Assembly: GCA_947626095.1 (NCBI GenBank)
Contig: CANQQV010000012.1
Coordinates: 1 to 48,090, forward strand
DNA length: 48,090 nucleotides
From: an uncultured Bacilli bacterium
GTDB taxonomy: Bacteria; Bacillota_I; Bacilli_A; RF39; UBA660
Direction: 5' to 3'
Under the pieces are notes generated by a model. That model was given only the letters and a program-made list of their open reading frames with translations. It was not told the origin of the DNA and made no database searches. Positions 8,692-18,215 of this stretch are shown in pieces (position 1 is the first letter of the stretch; each line of letters starts with the position of its first letter). The translations under genes and the position numbers were made by a program.

Positions 8692-10527
8692 ATGAGCGAT
8701 AGTTATTATGATGAAACAATAGAAAAAGAAAAAAGAAAAATTAATGTTTTGGTACGTGTAATTGATGTAGCTATGGATTACTTAGAACCAAAGAATAAAC
8801 GTAAACAAAATATTATACATTCAGCATGGACAAAAGTTAAATATGCAGAAAACGCTAAAGAAAGAAACGCAAGGTTAGCTACTTTTTTACATGTTTTAAA
8901 TGAGAAAGATGCGTTTAAAGAAAAAGCGACTACTTCACATGAAATAAGTCAGACTTTACGTAATAGACTTAGAGGAACTAATATTGAACTTGATTATAAT
9001 GAATTTAGTACTTATGGTTATGAAATAAGTGGTCAAGTTAAATTGGCAATTGCAAAGTTTGCTAGGGAGTATGTTGATGCTGTTAATCATATAGATAGTT
9101 TGAGACGTCAGAAGGAAAGCCAAAATAAGAGAGAACAAGAAAGGCAACATCAAGAGGAATTAGAAACTTTTAAAGAACAAAGCAAAGCTAGCAGTACGCC
9201 AAAATATGATGATGTTTATGCTAGTGTTACTAGTTATGAGAGTGATAGTAATAAAAATATAAATGTTTTGGTTAATGGTCAAGTTATTTTTCACAATTAT
9301 GATGAATTTGAAGTTCGTGAAAAGAAGGCTATTGAATATTTAGAAAGAAAAATTGCGACAACAAGAGCAAGAAGCTATGGCAAGTTTTTCTTAACGACTG
9401 AAGAAGAAAAAATGTTAAATCGTGTTTTAGGCGAAGGTAAAAGTTTGAGAGTTGGATCTTTATTAGAAGAAGGTTTATCAATGCGAGATGTTTTGTTTCG
9501 CTTACAACAATATGAACGAGATTCAAAGATTCCATTTAAGAAAACTGTTTATCGACCTAATTTAGGTGACGTTTTAATGGTGGCAAGTTCAGTTTATTTA
9601 TATTTACCTGATGAATTATTTACACCACTTTCAAATTCAGATGATCAAGCTAAGTTTGAAACTAGACTTCGTAATATTTCTGGTATGAGCAAAGGTTTAG
9701 AAACTTATGAAAAGATATATGCAATGTATTTAAATTATTTTAATGGATTGCCTGATGAAGAAAAGAATAAGATTAAAACTTCATTTATGACTGAGGGTGC
9801 TTACGAGTATTATAAGAAACAATTTAATATTACTTCATTTGAAATAGTTAGTCCTTCTAAGCTTAAAGTTTTGGTGAATTCAAAAATTAAAGATAAGATG
9901 TTAGAAAGTTTTTCAATGTATATGAGTAGTTATCATTATAATGACTTACTTAGGGCTGTTACTTATATGAGTATTGAAGAAGTTGCTAGTTTGTATTCAG
10001 CAATTAAAGCTATACATATTACATATTCACCAATAGATTATACTAGAGATGTAGATAGTCAAATAGCTGGTCAAGAATGGCTTATTCGTGAATTATTAAA
10101 TAACTTTGTTAAGGTTATTTTAGTTAAAATGAATTTGGGTAATTTATCTAATGAAGAAAAAAATAAGAAAGTTGAATATATAGTTAAAGAAATATTACAT
10201 GAAAATATCAGCTTGGAGATTAGTGGACCACAAGAAGAAAATACTCCTGTAGAAGAAGATACTAAAGAAGATAAAACTGTTAAAAGTAGTGATGGAATGT
10301 ATCATTATGTAGCTGGTGGCAAGGAGCAAAAAACGACTAATAAAGCGATGGCAGCAAGATATAATGCCCAAAATCGTTTTTTTGGGATGAGTAAACTTGA
10401 ACAAACAGCTGCTCGTATGTCAGGTAAATGGGGAAAATTTAAACAAATGTGGGAACAAGCGGCAACTATGGATAAAGAAAAACAAGATGAGGTTGCGCAA
10501 AAGCTTGATTTAATGTTTAGGAGGTAA
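8692..10527 (+). CDS. Hypothetical protein (611 aa, helical/coiled-coil, soluble)
   Basis: Long ORF, RBS AGGAGG, TGTTATAAT upstream; no recognisable motif. Confidence 0.85.
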   Translation: MSDSYYDETIEKEKRKINVLVRVIDVAMDYLEPKNKRKQNIIHSAWTKVKYAENAKERNARLATFLHVLNEKDAFKEKATTSHEISQTLRNRLRGTNIELDYNEFSTYGYEISGQVKLAIAKFAREYVDAVNHIDSLRRQKESQNKREQERQHQEELETFKEQSKASSTPKYDDVYASVTSYESDSNKNINVLVNGQVIFHNYDEFEVREKKAIEYLERKIATTRARSYGKFFLTTEEEKMLNRVLGEGKSLRVGSLLEEGLSMRDVLFRLQQYERDSKIPFKKTVYRPNLGDVLMVASSVYLYLPDELFTPLSNSDDQAKFETRLRNISGMSKGLETYEKIYAMYLNYFNGLPDEEKNKIKTSFMTEGAYEYYKKQFNITSFEIVSPSKLKVLVNSKIKDKMLESFSMYMSSYHYNDLLRAVTYMSIEEVASLYSAIKAIHITYSPIDYTRDVDSQIAGQEWLIRELLNNFVKVILVKMNLGNLSNEEKNKKVEYIVKEILHENISLEISGPQEENTPVEEDTKEDKTVKSSDGMYHYVAGGKEQKTTNKAMAARYNAQNRFFGMSKLEQTAARMSGKWGKFKQMWEQAATMDKEKQDEVAQKLDLMFRR

Positions 10528-10529
10528 GT

Positions 10530-10820
10530 ATGCAAGAAGATTTTAATAGTTATATGGAATTTTTTAAGAGTCAGCCTCTAAAAGAAAAACAAAGTATTGT
10601 TATAGAACAGTTAAAAATGTTAGCTGGTTTAACTAATAATATGTGTAAGGAATTAGATGTTAATAATGAGTTATTGCTAAATAAGGAAATAGTAGATTTA
10701 AATAATGGTGATTATACGGAAGATGACTTTGCTGAAGCTTTAATTGTCTATATTAATTCTATTCAAAATTCATTATGTGATTTTAGTAATAAGTTGTCTG
10801 ATGTTGCTGAAAACATCTAA
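10530..10820 (+). CDS. Hypothetical acidic protein (96 aa)
   Basis: RBS AGGAGGT inside the upstream gene end, 2 nt after its stop. Confidence 0.85.
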   Translation: MQEDFNSYMEFFKSQPLKEKQSIVIEQLKMLAGLTNNMCKELDVNNELLLNKEIVDLNNGDYTEDDFAEALIVYINSIQNSLCDFSNKLSDVAENI

Positions 10821-10870
10821 GTATTTATCATTTATTTGATTATGCTTGAAGAAAAAAGATATTTAAGTTT

Positions 10871-10902
10871 AGATATTCTATATTGATAGAATATCTTTTT
10901 TT
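10871..10902 (+). terminator. Rho-independent terminator
   Basis: AGATATTCTA-6 nt-TAGAATATCT then T run. Confidence 0.7.
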
Positions 10903-10963
10903 GTATTTATTTATTTAAAAAAATATGATAAGATGGTATTGATATAATAAAGAGGTGTTGGTT

Positions 10964-12955
10964 ATGTTTGGTAAGATTAAGTTTATATCTGGTAACGTTG
11001 CCCATGTTGAAACTGTAGCTAAAGCTGAAGAATTAGGAGATTTAATGAATGTTCATGTTGTTTTTGAAGCTCCTGATCAATTAATACTTGGGGAAGTAGA
11101 AGAAGTAACTGATGAAGTTATTAAAATAAGATTTTTAGGTGAATTCCAAAATGGTCGTTATGTATCAGGTGTTATTCGTAAACCGGTTTTATCTAGTACA
11201 ATTAGAACAATTAATGATCAAGAATTAAGAGCAATAGTTGGAGTTTATGATGATACAACGTTTAAAGTTGGTCAAAGTTCTATATATACTGATTATGAAG
11301 TATGTGCTGATATTAATAACTTATTTGCTAATCATATGGCTGTATTTGGTAATACTGGTTCAGGTAAATCATGTGGTGTAGCAAGAATTGTACAAAATAT
11401 TTTTTCTAATCCTAAGTTAATATCATATAATGCTAATATTTTTATTTTTGATGCTTATGGTGAATATAAGACAGCTTTTAGTGGTTTAAATAAATTAAAT
11501 CCTAATTATAGTTATAAATTTATTACAACTAATATTCAAGAAGATACTGATTATGAACTTAAAATACCTTTTCATTTACTTAATTTAGATGATTTAACTA
11601 TTATGTTACAAGCTGATAAACATAGTCAAATACCTATTTTGGAAAGAGCTTTAAAGCTAACAAGAATATTTAGTAAAGATGATGAAGTAGCTGAAAAATA
11701 TAAAAACCATTTAATTGCTAAAGCTTTAATCGCGATTTTATATAGTAATCAGATTACGGCTAATAAAAAGAATGATATTTTTAAAGTACTTGAAGTTTGT
11801 CATACTAAAGATTTTGATTTTGATAGTGTTATTCAAGGTTTAGGTTATACAAGAACTTTGTCTGAATGTTTTGAAATTGATAGTAATGGTAACTTCGGTG
11901 AATCTGTTTTAATTACTGATTATATTTTGGATCATATAGATGAAGCAATGGAAATGACTGAAGAACCAGTTAATGCTTTCTATTCAATGAGAGATTTTTC
12001 TCAAGCTTTAGAGTTTACATTAATTAGTGAAGGTTTCCAAAATAATGAGCAGTTATATGATGATTCAATGTTACTTAAGGTTAGATTAAATTCAATTTTA
12101 AATAGTAAAATTGCTAATATATATAAGAGTGATAATTATATTTCAACAGAAAGTTATATTGCTTCATTAGTAGCTGTTGGTAATAAAAAAGCTCAAGTTA
12201 TTAATATTAACTTAGAGGATATCGATGATACGCAAGCGAAGATTATCGTTAAGATAATAGCAAGAATTTTCTTTGATTTCTGTAAAACAAGAAAACAAAG
12301 AGCGACAATTCCTTTCCATTTGTTTTTGGAGGAAGCGCATAGGTATGTTCAAAAAGATGCCGATGTATTCTTAATTGGTTATAACATATTTGACCGTATT
12401 GCTAAAGAAGGTCGTAAGTATGGCGTACTTTTAAATATTATTTCGCAAAGACCTGTTGAAATATCTGAAACAGTTATTGCCCAATGTAGTAATTTCTTAA
12501 TCTTTAAGATGACACACCCTCGAGATATTGAGTATATTAGAACAATGTTGCCTAATATTTCGGCTGATGTTATTGAAAAACAAAAGATTTTACAACCTGG
12601 TAACTGTGTTGGATTTGGTCAAGCGTTTAAGTTACCAATGGTTATTAAGATGGAAATGCCTAATCCAGCGCCTAACTCTAACTCATGTGATGTAAATAAC
12701 TGTTGGCGTATTCAAGGTAATATTGCAAATTCGGCAGCTAATAATGTACCTAGTGCTCCAACTACGACAGTAGCACCTACTAATGGTCCGACGACAACCT
12801 TAGCACCAACGGCTACGCAAAGTACGGCTAAACCAGATTTAATGAGTCCTAGTCCAATTCAAGTAAATCAGCCAACTGATGCTACCTCAACTGGTTTTAA
12901 TGCTGCTCCGGTTAATGGGGTTGTTAATCCGAATTTTATACCACCAGTTAGTTAA
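10964..12955 (+). CDS. HerA/DUF87-family (FtsK-HerA superfamily) ATPase with N-terminal beta-barrel and P/T/N-rich tail
   Basis: HMAVFGNTGSGKS Walker A, IFDAYGEY, LFLEEAHRY Walker B, IAKEGRKYG, SQRP; likely start ATG 10964. Confidence 0.9.
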   Translation: MFGKIKFISGNVAHVETVAKAEELGDLMNVHVVFEAPDQLILGEVEEVTDEVIKIRFLGEFQNGRYVSGVIRKPVLSSTIRTINDQELRAIVGVYDDTTFKVGQSSIYTDYEVCADINNLFANHMAVFGNTGSGKSCGVARIVQNIFSNPKLISYNANIFIFDAYGEYKTAFSGLNKLNPNYSYKFITTNIQEDTDYELKIPFHLLNLDDLTIMLQADKHSQIPILERALKLTRIFSKDDEVAEKYKNHLIAKALIAILYSNQITANKKNDIFKVLEVCHTKDFDFDSVIQGLGYTRTLSECFEIDSNGNFGESVLITDYILDHIDEAMEMTEEPVNAFYSMRDFSQALEFTLISEGFQNNEQLYDDSMLLKVRLNSILNSKIANIYKSDNYISTESYIASLVAVGNKKAQVININLEDIDDTQAKIIVKIIARIFFDFCKTRKQRATIPFHLFLEEAHRYVQKDADVFLIGYNIFDRIAKEGRKYGVLLNIISQRPVEISETVIAQCSNFLIFKMTHPRDIEYIRTMLPNISADVIEKQKILQPGNCVGFGQAFKLPMVIKMEMPNPAPNSNSCDVNNCWRIQGNIANSAANNVPSAPTTTVAPTNGPTTTLAPTATQSTAKPDLMSPSPIQVNQPTDATSTGFNAAPVNGVVNPNFIPPVS

Positions 12956-12981
12956 GAATCTAATTAGTTAGATTCTTTTTC
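12954..12981 (+). terminator. Rho-independent terminator
   Basis: AAGAATCTAA-TTAG-TTAGATTCTT plus T tract. Confidence 0.8.
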
Positions 12982-13040
12982 TTTGTCAAGAAGAGGTAAA
13001 GAGTATTTTGTTTTAGTATAAGGTATGATATAATTAAATT

Positions 13041-13215
13041 ACTCAAGGATAAATGCTTACTTTTTATTAAAAACCGAGTAAGTGATTATAAGGGAGTCTA
13101 ATTGATTTGTGGTGTTGAAGACCTTGCTTTTTAAGTGTAGGGATCCTAAAGCAAAACATGTGACACCCACCTGTGTGGTGCAGGTTTTTTATTCACTAGT
13201 GAGCATCCCTTGAGT
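13041..13215 (+). ncRNA. ssrS: 6S RNA
   Basis: Paired ends ACTCAAGG/CCTTGAGT, Firmicute 6S motif GACACCCACCTG...GCAGGTT, TGnTATAAT at 13026-13034, ~175 nt, and position upstream of tcdA as in B. subtilis aspS-6S-yrvM-yrvN. Confidence 0.85.
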
Positions 13216-13240
13216 TTTTATTTGGAATCTTGGTGAAGAT

Positions 13241-13939
13241 ATGTTTGAACGTATGAAGTTAATACTTAGTGATGAACAAATAGATAAGTTAGTTAATAGT
13301 AAAATACTTATTGTTGGTGTTGGCGGAGTAGGTGGAGCTTGTTTTGAGGCTTTGGTAAGACTAGGTATTGGAAGAATGGATGTAGTTGATGGTGATGCGT
13401 TTGATGTTAGTAATTTAAATAGACAGATTTTAGCTAATATTAATAACATAGGTCATTCTAAGGCTTTAGAAGCTAAAATGAGAGGCTTAAGTATTAATCC
13501 GAGTATTTATATTAATTCTTATGAAATGTTTTTAAATGAAGCTAATATTGGGCAAATTGATGTATCTTCATATGATTATATTATAGATTGCTGTGATACA
13601 ATGACTACTAAGCTATTATTAATTAAAGAAGCTTTACGTAATAAGAAGAAAATAATTAGTTCGATGGGAACTGGTAATAGATTAGATGCTACTAAATTAG
13701 AAATAAAAAGTATTTGGAAAACAAATAATGATCCAGTAGCTAAAGTAATGCGTAAAATGTTAAGAGATAATAATATAAAAGATAAAATACCAGTATTGTG
13801 TTCGAATGAATTACCTTGTAAAATTCATGAAAGAAGACCTGGTTCAGTAAGCTTAGTACCTAATGTTGCAGGTTTTTATATCGCAAATTATGTATTTAGT
13901 GATATAATAAATAGTGGAAGTGATATTGATGGACGATGA
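13241..13939 (+). CDS. tcdA: ThiF-family tRNA threonylcarbamoyladenosine dehydratase
   Basis: GVGGVGG, SNLNRQ, DYIIDCCD, SSMGTGNRLD, DPVAKVMRK. Confidence 0.9.
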   Translation: MFERMKLILSDEQIDKLVNSKILIVGVGGVGGACFEALVRLGIGRMDVVDGDAFDVSNLNRQILANINNIGHSKALEAKMRGLSINPSIYINSYEMFLNEANIGQIDVSSYDYIIDCCDTMTTKLLLIKEALRNKKKIISSMGTGNRLDATKLEIKSIWKTNNDPVAKVMRKMLRDNNIKDKIPVLCSNELPCKIHERRPGSVSLVPNVAGFYIANYVFSDIINSGSDIDGR

Positions 13940-14150
13940 GAAGTTAGAACAAACACCAGAATTAGAAAATATCGAAGAAGTAATGAAGGATAGTACTTTA
14001 GCTAATCCGGAATTAACCTTTTGTGAGAAAACAACGTATTTTGATTTCTTACTTTCCAATGCTAAAGATGAAAAAGAAGAACAAGAAATTAAGGAAACAA
14101 TTAATAATTATTTAGATATTTATGATGAAAAAAAAGATGAAAACGAGTAG
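13929..14150 (+). CDS. Small acidic hypothetical protein
   Basis: D/E-rich ORF overlapping the tcdA end; likely ATG 13929. Confidence 0.7.
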   Translation: MDDEKLEQTPELENIEEVMKDSTLANPELTFCEKTTYFDFLLSNAKDEKEEQEIKETINNYLDIYDEKKDENE

Positions 14151-14153
14151 TTT

Positions 14154-15131
14154 TCATTTTTTATTGACTAAGAATGATACAAGTAATTGGGGATTTTCAT
14201 CATTCATAACTATTTTATAGATTAAATCAATGATTGGCATTTTGATTTTTTTATGTTTAATTAATTTATAAATACTTTTTAAAGTGTAGTAGCCTTCAAC
14301 GGTATTCTTTTTTAAATGTTCTTCTTTTTCTTCTTTGGTAGCTCCAGCACCAATTACACGGCCAAAGGTAAAGTTACGGCTTTTAGTTGAAGTACAGGTA
14401 AGAAGTAAATCACCAACACCAGCAAAGGAAGTAATAGTTTTGGGATTACCACCTAGAGCAGCAATCAAATTTTTAATATCATTTAAAGCTTCAGTAATTA
14501 AGAAACTTTGAGTTGATTCGGGATAATTCATACCATCTAACATACCAGCAGCAACAGCAATAACATTTTTAATACTACCACATATTTGAACACCAATTAA
14601 GTCGGTTGTATCACGAAGTTTTAAAGTATCGTTTTCTAAGACTTCTTTAATACAACGAATGGCTTTTTTACTATGAGAAGCAATGGATAAACCAATAGGA
14701 TTATTAGTAGCCATATCGACAGCAAATGATGGACCAGAGATAATAGATATATGTTTAATTTTTAAAATTTCAAAAGCAATATCGCTTAAGAAGGCACATG
14801 ATTTATCTTCAATACCTTTAGAGGCAATACAGATGATAGTTTTACGATTTATGTATGGTTTAATACTACGACAGATGTCACCGACATAAGCAGCAGTAGA
14901 GGTAATAAAGATTATATCAGCGTTTGTACAAGCTTTTTCATAATCAGTTGTTAATTTAATAAATTTAGGCATTTCAACATCAGGTATTAAACTTTTGATA
15001 TAACCTAATTCTTTATATTCTTCATATTTTTTAGGATCTTCAGTCCACATTATGATATTTTTATTATTTTTACTTAGAGCTTTGGCAATGGCCATACCAT
15101 AAACGCCAGTACCTATAAGGGCAATTTTCAT
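14154..15131 (-). CDS. gpsA: NAD(P)H-dependent glycerol-3-phosphate dehydrogenase
   Basis: GTGVYG, ASKGIE, SGPSFA, KNVIAVAAG, GVGDLLLTCTSTKSRN. Confidence 0.96.
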   Translation of the reverse strand: MKIALIGTGVYGMAIAKALSKNNKNIIMWTEDPKKYEEYKELGYIKSLIPDVEMPKFIKLTTDYEKACTNADIIFITSTAAYVGDICRSIKPYINRKTIICIASKGIEDKSCAFLSDIAFEILKIKHISIISGPSFAVDMATNNPIGLSIASHSKKAIRCIKEVLENDTLKLRDTTDLIGVQICGSIKNVIAVAAGMLDGMNYPESTQSFLITEALNDIKNLIAALGGNPKTITSFAGVGDLLLTCTSTKSRNFTFGRVIGAGATKEEKEEHLKKNTVEGYYTLKSIYKLIKHKKIKMPIIDLIYKIVMNDENPQLLVSFLVNKK

Positions 15132-16330
15132 TTTTGACCACCTTTCATTTCTTCATGTATTTTATTTATATTCATTTCGTATTTATTATTTTTAGGTTGA
15201 TAGTATTTTTTATTTTTAAGATTATCTGGTAGATATTGTTGTTTAACCCATGAATTAGGATAATCATGCGGATATTTATATAGGGGACTATTAGTTTTTA
15301 AATGAACTGGGAGATTACCAGTTGTTCCGTTTTCAATATCAGCTAAAGCATTATCTAAAGCAAGGTGGGCACTATTACTTTTAGGACTTAAAGCCATTTC
15401 CGTAACGATTGTTCCTAAAGGAATACGGGCTTCGGGAAGTCCTACTAATTCTGCGGCATTAATAGCGGCCATTAGTTTGGGGCCAATACCAGGATTAGCT
15501 AAGCCAATATCTTCATAAGCGATAACACTTAAACGACGATAAATACTATCTAAATCGCCTTCAGCAATTAATCTAGCTAAGTAGTGAAGGGAAGCATCAA
15601 CGTCAGAACCACGAATTGATTTTTGTAAACCAGATAAAACGTCATAATGACCATCTTCATCACTATCAGCAAAGAAAACAGCTTTAGCATTAATATTAGT
15701 TACTGTGTCAATAGTTACATGTTTGTTATTACTCCCGTAATAGGCAACTTCAAGTAAGTTAATCGCACTACGCATATCACCACTACTTAATTTAATGATA
15801 GCATTAATTGCTTCGTCATCGATTTTGATACCTGGTAAATATTTGCAAGCACGATTTAGGCCTTCTTTAAGATTACTAGGTGTTAATTCTTTTAATTCAA
15901 AAATTTGACAACGACTACGAATAGCGGGATTTATCTTATGATAAGGATTTGACGTAGTCATCCCAATTAAAGTTATTAAACCATTTTCAATGTAAGGCAA
16001 TAACAAATCTTGTTTATCTTTATTTAAACGATGGATTTCATCCATGATAATAATCATTTCGCCGTTCATTTTAGCTTCTTCAATCACAATATCAAAATCT
16101 TGTTTATTATTAATTGTCGCATTTAACATACGATAGGGTTTATTAATGGTATTAGCAATGGCATAAGCAATAGATGTTTTACCAATACCTGGTTTACCAT
16201 AAAGAATCATACTTACTAAATGATTATTATTAACTAAATTACGAATTATTTTATCTTTACCCACTAAGTGTTCTTGACCAATTATATCGTCAAGAGTTTT
16301 AGGTCTTAAAATATCAGCAAGTATTTCCAT
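15128..16330 (-). CDS. rarA: Replication-associated recombination protein A (RarA/MgsA)
   Basis: LRPKTLDDIIGQEHL, GKPGIGKT, DEIHRLNK, QKSIRGSD, EDIGLA, YKYPHDY. Confidence 0.96.
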   Translation of the reverse strand: MEILADILRPKTLDDIIGQEHLVGKDKIIRNLVNNNHLVSMILYGKPGIGKTSIAYAIANTINKPYRMLNATINNKQDFDIVIEEAKMNGEMIIIMDEIHRLNKDKQDLLLPYIENGLITLIGMTTSNPYHKINPAIRSRCQIFELKELTPSNLKEGLNRACKYLPGIKIDDEAINAIIKLSSGDMRSAINLLEVAYYGSNNKHVTIDTVTNINAKAVFFADSDEDGHYDVLSGLQKSIRGSDVDASLHYLARLIAEGDLDSIYRRLSVIAYEDIGLANPGIGPKLMAAINAAELVGLPEARIPLGTIVTEMALSPKSNSAHLALDNALADIENGTTGNLPVHLKTNSPLYKYPHDYPNSWVKQQYLPDNLKNKKYYQPKNNKYEMNINKIHEEMKGGQK

Positions 16331-16361
16331 GTAACCACCTATTTAATTATAACAAAAGTGA

Positions 16362-16390
16362 TTTACAATTAACAAGAAATTTTATATAAT
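16362..16390 (+). promoter_or_regulatory. sigmaA promoter of xer gene (divergent from rarA)
   Basis: TTTACA-17 bp-TATAAT. Confidence 0.6.
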
Positions 16391-16411
16391 TTTATAGTAG
16401 GGTGGTCTCAT

Positions 16412-17290
16412 ATGAAGGATGAGTATATTCCTAGTACTTATTTAAATAAGTATTTGGAGTATTTGGAATTTGAAAGAAAATTATCAGGTAATACAATTAA
16501 AAGTTATTTTAATGATTTAAAAGACTTTGATATGTATTTTAAAGGTAATTTACTAAATTTAAAGTATGATGATATCCAACAATATATTAGTTCATTAAAT
16601 GATCGTAGTTCAAGAACTGTATCACATTATTTAACCGTTATTAATTCGTTTTATGAATTTTTAATTAACGATAAAATAATTAACGATAATCCGTGTCGTA
16701 ATATTGCATCACCTAAAGTACCAAAGAAATTACCAACTTATTTAACGGAAGAAGAAGTAGATAAGTTACTTGATATTACTTTAGTTACGCCTTATGATTA
16801 TCGTAATAAGGCAATGTTAGAATTACTATATGCGACTGGTTTACGTATTAGTGAATTAATAAATTTAAAAATTACTGATATTGATCCTAATAATGACTTT
16901 GTTAGAGTCTTTGGTAAAGGCAAAAAAGAACGAATTGTTCCAGTCTCAGATTATGTTTTAAATTATCGTAATGTAATATTAAAAGATAAAGTATCAGATT
17001 ATTTATTTATTTCGAATAATTTAACAAATATTACGCGTCAAGGATTCTTTAAAATAATTAAAAAAGAATGTAAGAGGGCAGGGATAGAGAAAAACGTATC
17101 GCCCCATGTTTTACGTCATTCGTTTGCAACGCATTTACTTAAACATGGAGCAGATTTAAGAGTTATCCAAGAGTTATTAGGACATGAAGATATTTCGACA
17201 ACACAAATATATGCGCATTTAGTTAATGAAAGGTTAAAAGAAGATTATGCATATCATCCACGTAATAAAATGAATAGGGAGGATTTATGA
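16412..17290 (+). CDS. xerD: XerC/XerD-family tyrosine recombinase (XerD/RipX-like)
   Basis: LELLYATGLRISE, GKGKKERIVP, SPHVLRHSFATHLL, QELLGH, TTQIY; full catalytic R-K-H-R-H-Y set. Confidence 0.85.
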   Translation: MKDEYIPSTYLNKYLEYLEFERKLSGNTIKSYFNDLKDFDMYFKGNLLNLKYDDIQQYISSLNDRSSRTVSHYLTVINSFYEFLINDKIINDNPCRNIASPKVPKKLPTYLTEEEVDKLLDITLVTPYDYRNKAMLELLYATGLRISELINLKITDIDPNNDFVRVFGKGKKERIVPVSDYVLNYRNVILKDKVSDYLFISNNLTNITRQGFFKIIKKECKRAGIEKNVSPHVLRHSFATHLLKHGADLRVIQELLGHEDISTTQIYAHLVNERLKEDYAYHPRNKMNREDL

Positions 17291-17940
17291 AAAAAATAAT
17301 TATTAAAATAATAATATTTGCCATTGTTTTTGGAGGAATCTTTGGTACAAAAAGATATATCGATTATAAAACATATGATTATAAGCCAGAAGTAAAAGAA
17401 GCTTTAACAAATTACTTTGTTAATAATGATCGAAATAGTTTAGGTGATATATTAAATCTGTTAGATAAGTATAAAGATGATCAAGAGATACGTGAAGGAA
17501 TTCAAAAATATTCATTTGATATTGTCGGAAGTTGGTTTACTTATGTTGATCAGAAATATGCTTGTAGTGAATCTACTTATCGTACTAATAAAAATTCTTG
17601 TATGGTTTTATTAGACGAATTTAAAAATTTAAATGATAAGTTAGTAGTTTTATATGGATATAAATCTAAAGAAGGCTATACAATAATTAGAGATGGCAAT
17701 TATAATAATTTAATAAATCAAACAAGTTCACGTGTGAAAAAAATAGAAAGTAGTTATATTAAGACAAGTCGTAATCCGCAATCAGCAGAAGAAGAAAGAT
17801 TAGAAAAGTGTAAAAAAGCAACAGAATGTGAAAACTGTCGTGATGGTGTATGTAAGTGTTATTATATTGCAAATAGTGTTAGAGAAGAACTTACTTGTCA
17901 AAAGAGTGAAGAATTTATTGAAAGTCTTAAAAATAATTAA
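17287..17940 (+). CDS. Membrane-anchored/secreted hypothetical protein with Cys-rich C-terminus
   Basis: N-terminal hydrophobic helix; C-terminal CKKATECENCRDGVCKC...C; RBS GGGAGG; overlaps xer stop. Confidence 0.85.
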   Translation: MKKIIIKIIIFAIVFGGIFGTKRYIDYKTYDYKPEVKEALTNYFVNNDRNSLGDILNLLDKYKDDQEIREGIQKYSFDIVGSWFTYVDQKYACSESTYRTNKNSCMVLLDEFKNLNDKLVVLYGYKSKEGYTIIRDGNYNNLINQTSSRVKKIESSYIKTSRNPQSAEEERLEKCKKATECENCRDGVCKCYYIANSVREELTCQKSEEFIESLKNN

Positions 17941-17947
17941 TTGAATT

Positions 17948-17978
17948 AAAAAGAGAACCTTATTGGTTCTCCTTTTTT
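17948..17978. terminator. Bidirectional terminator
   Basis: AAAAAGAGAACC-TTATT-GGTTCTCCTTTTTT between convergent genes. Confidence 0.8.
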
Positions 17979-18114
17979 AGTTACATTCTCTTTTAGAGTT
18001 ACTAGAAGATCTAACATTTGTTCTTTCGTTAGCGTTTGAACGTTGTTCGTTAGCTCTATTATTACTTTTAGAACTTTTATTGCTTCTAGAACTTTGATTT
18101 TCTTTTCTGCTCAT
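17977..18114 (-). CDS. Small 45-aa S/N/R/K-rich protein (below ORF-track cutoff)
   Basis: MSRKENQSSRSNKSSKSNNRANEQRSNANERTNVRSSSNSKRECN; perfect AGGAGGT RBS 6 nt before ATG; ends at a terminator. Confidence 0.8.
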   Translation of the reverse strand: MSRKENQSSRSNKSSKSNNRANEQRSNANERTNVRSSSNSKRECN

Positions 18115-18215
18115 AATTTAACCTCCTACTAGTATTATTTACGGATATTAAAATATTATTTATGGAAAAAGATGGTATTTATGAATATTTTATTTATTTA
18201 TTAATATAAAGTAGT

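Noticed and set aside
8692-12955. Sir2-HerA or NurA-HerA system
   Set aside because: No Sir2 or NurA motifs recognised in the upstream proteins, and a terminator separates them from herA
16412-17290. Prophage or ICE integrase
   Set aside because: Size and motifs are XerC/D-type; no phage or conjugation genes and no att repeats seen nearby
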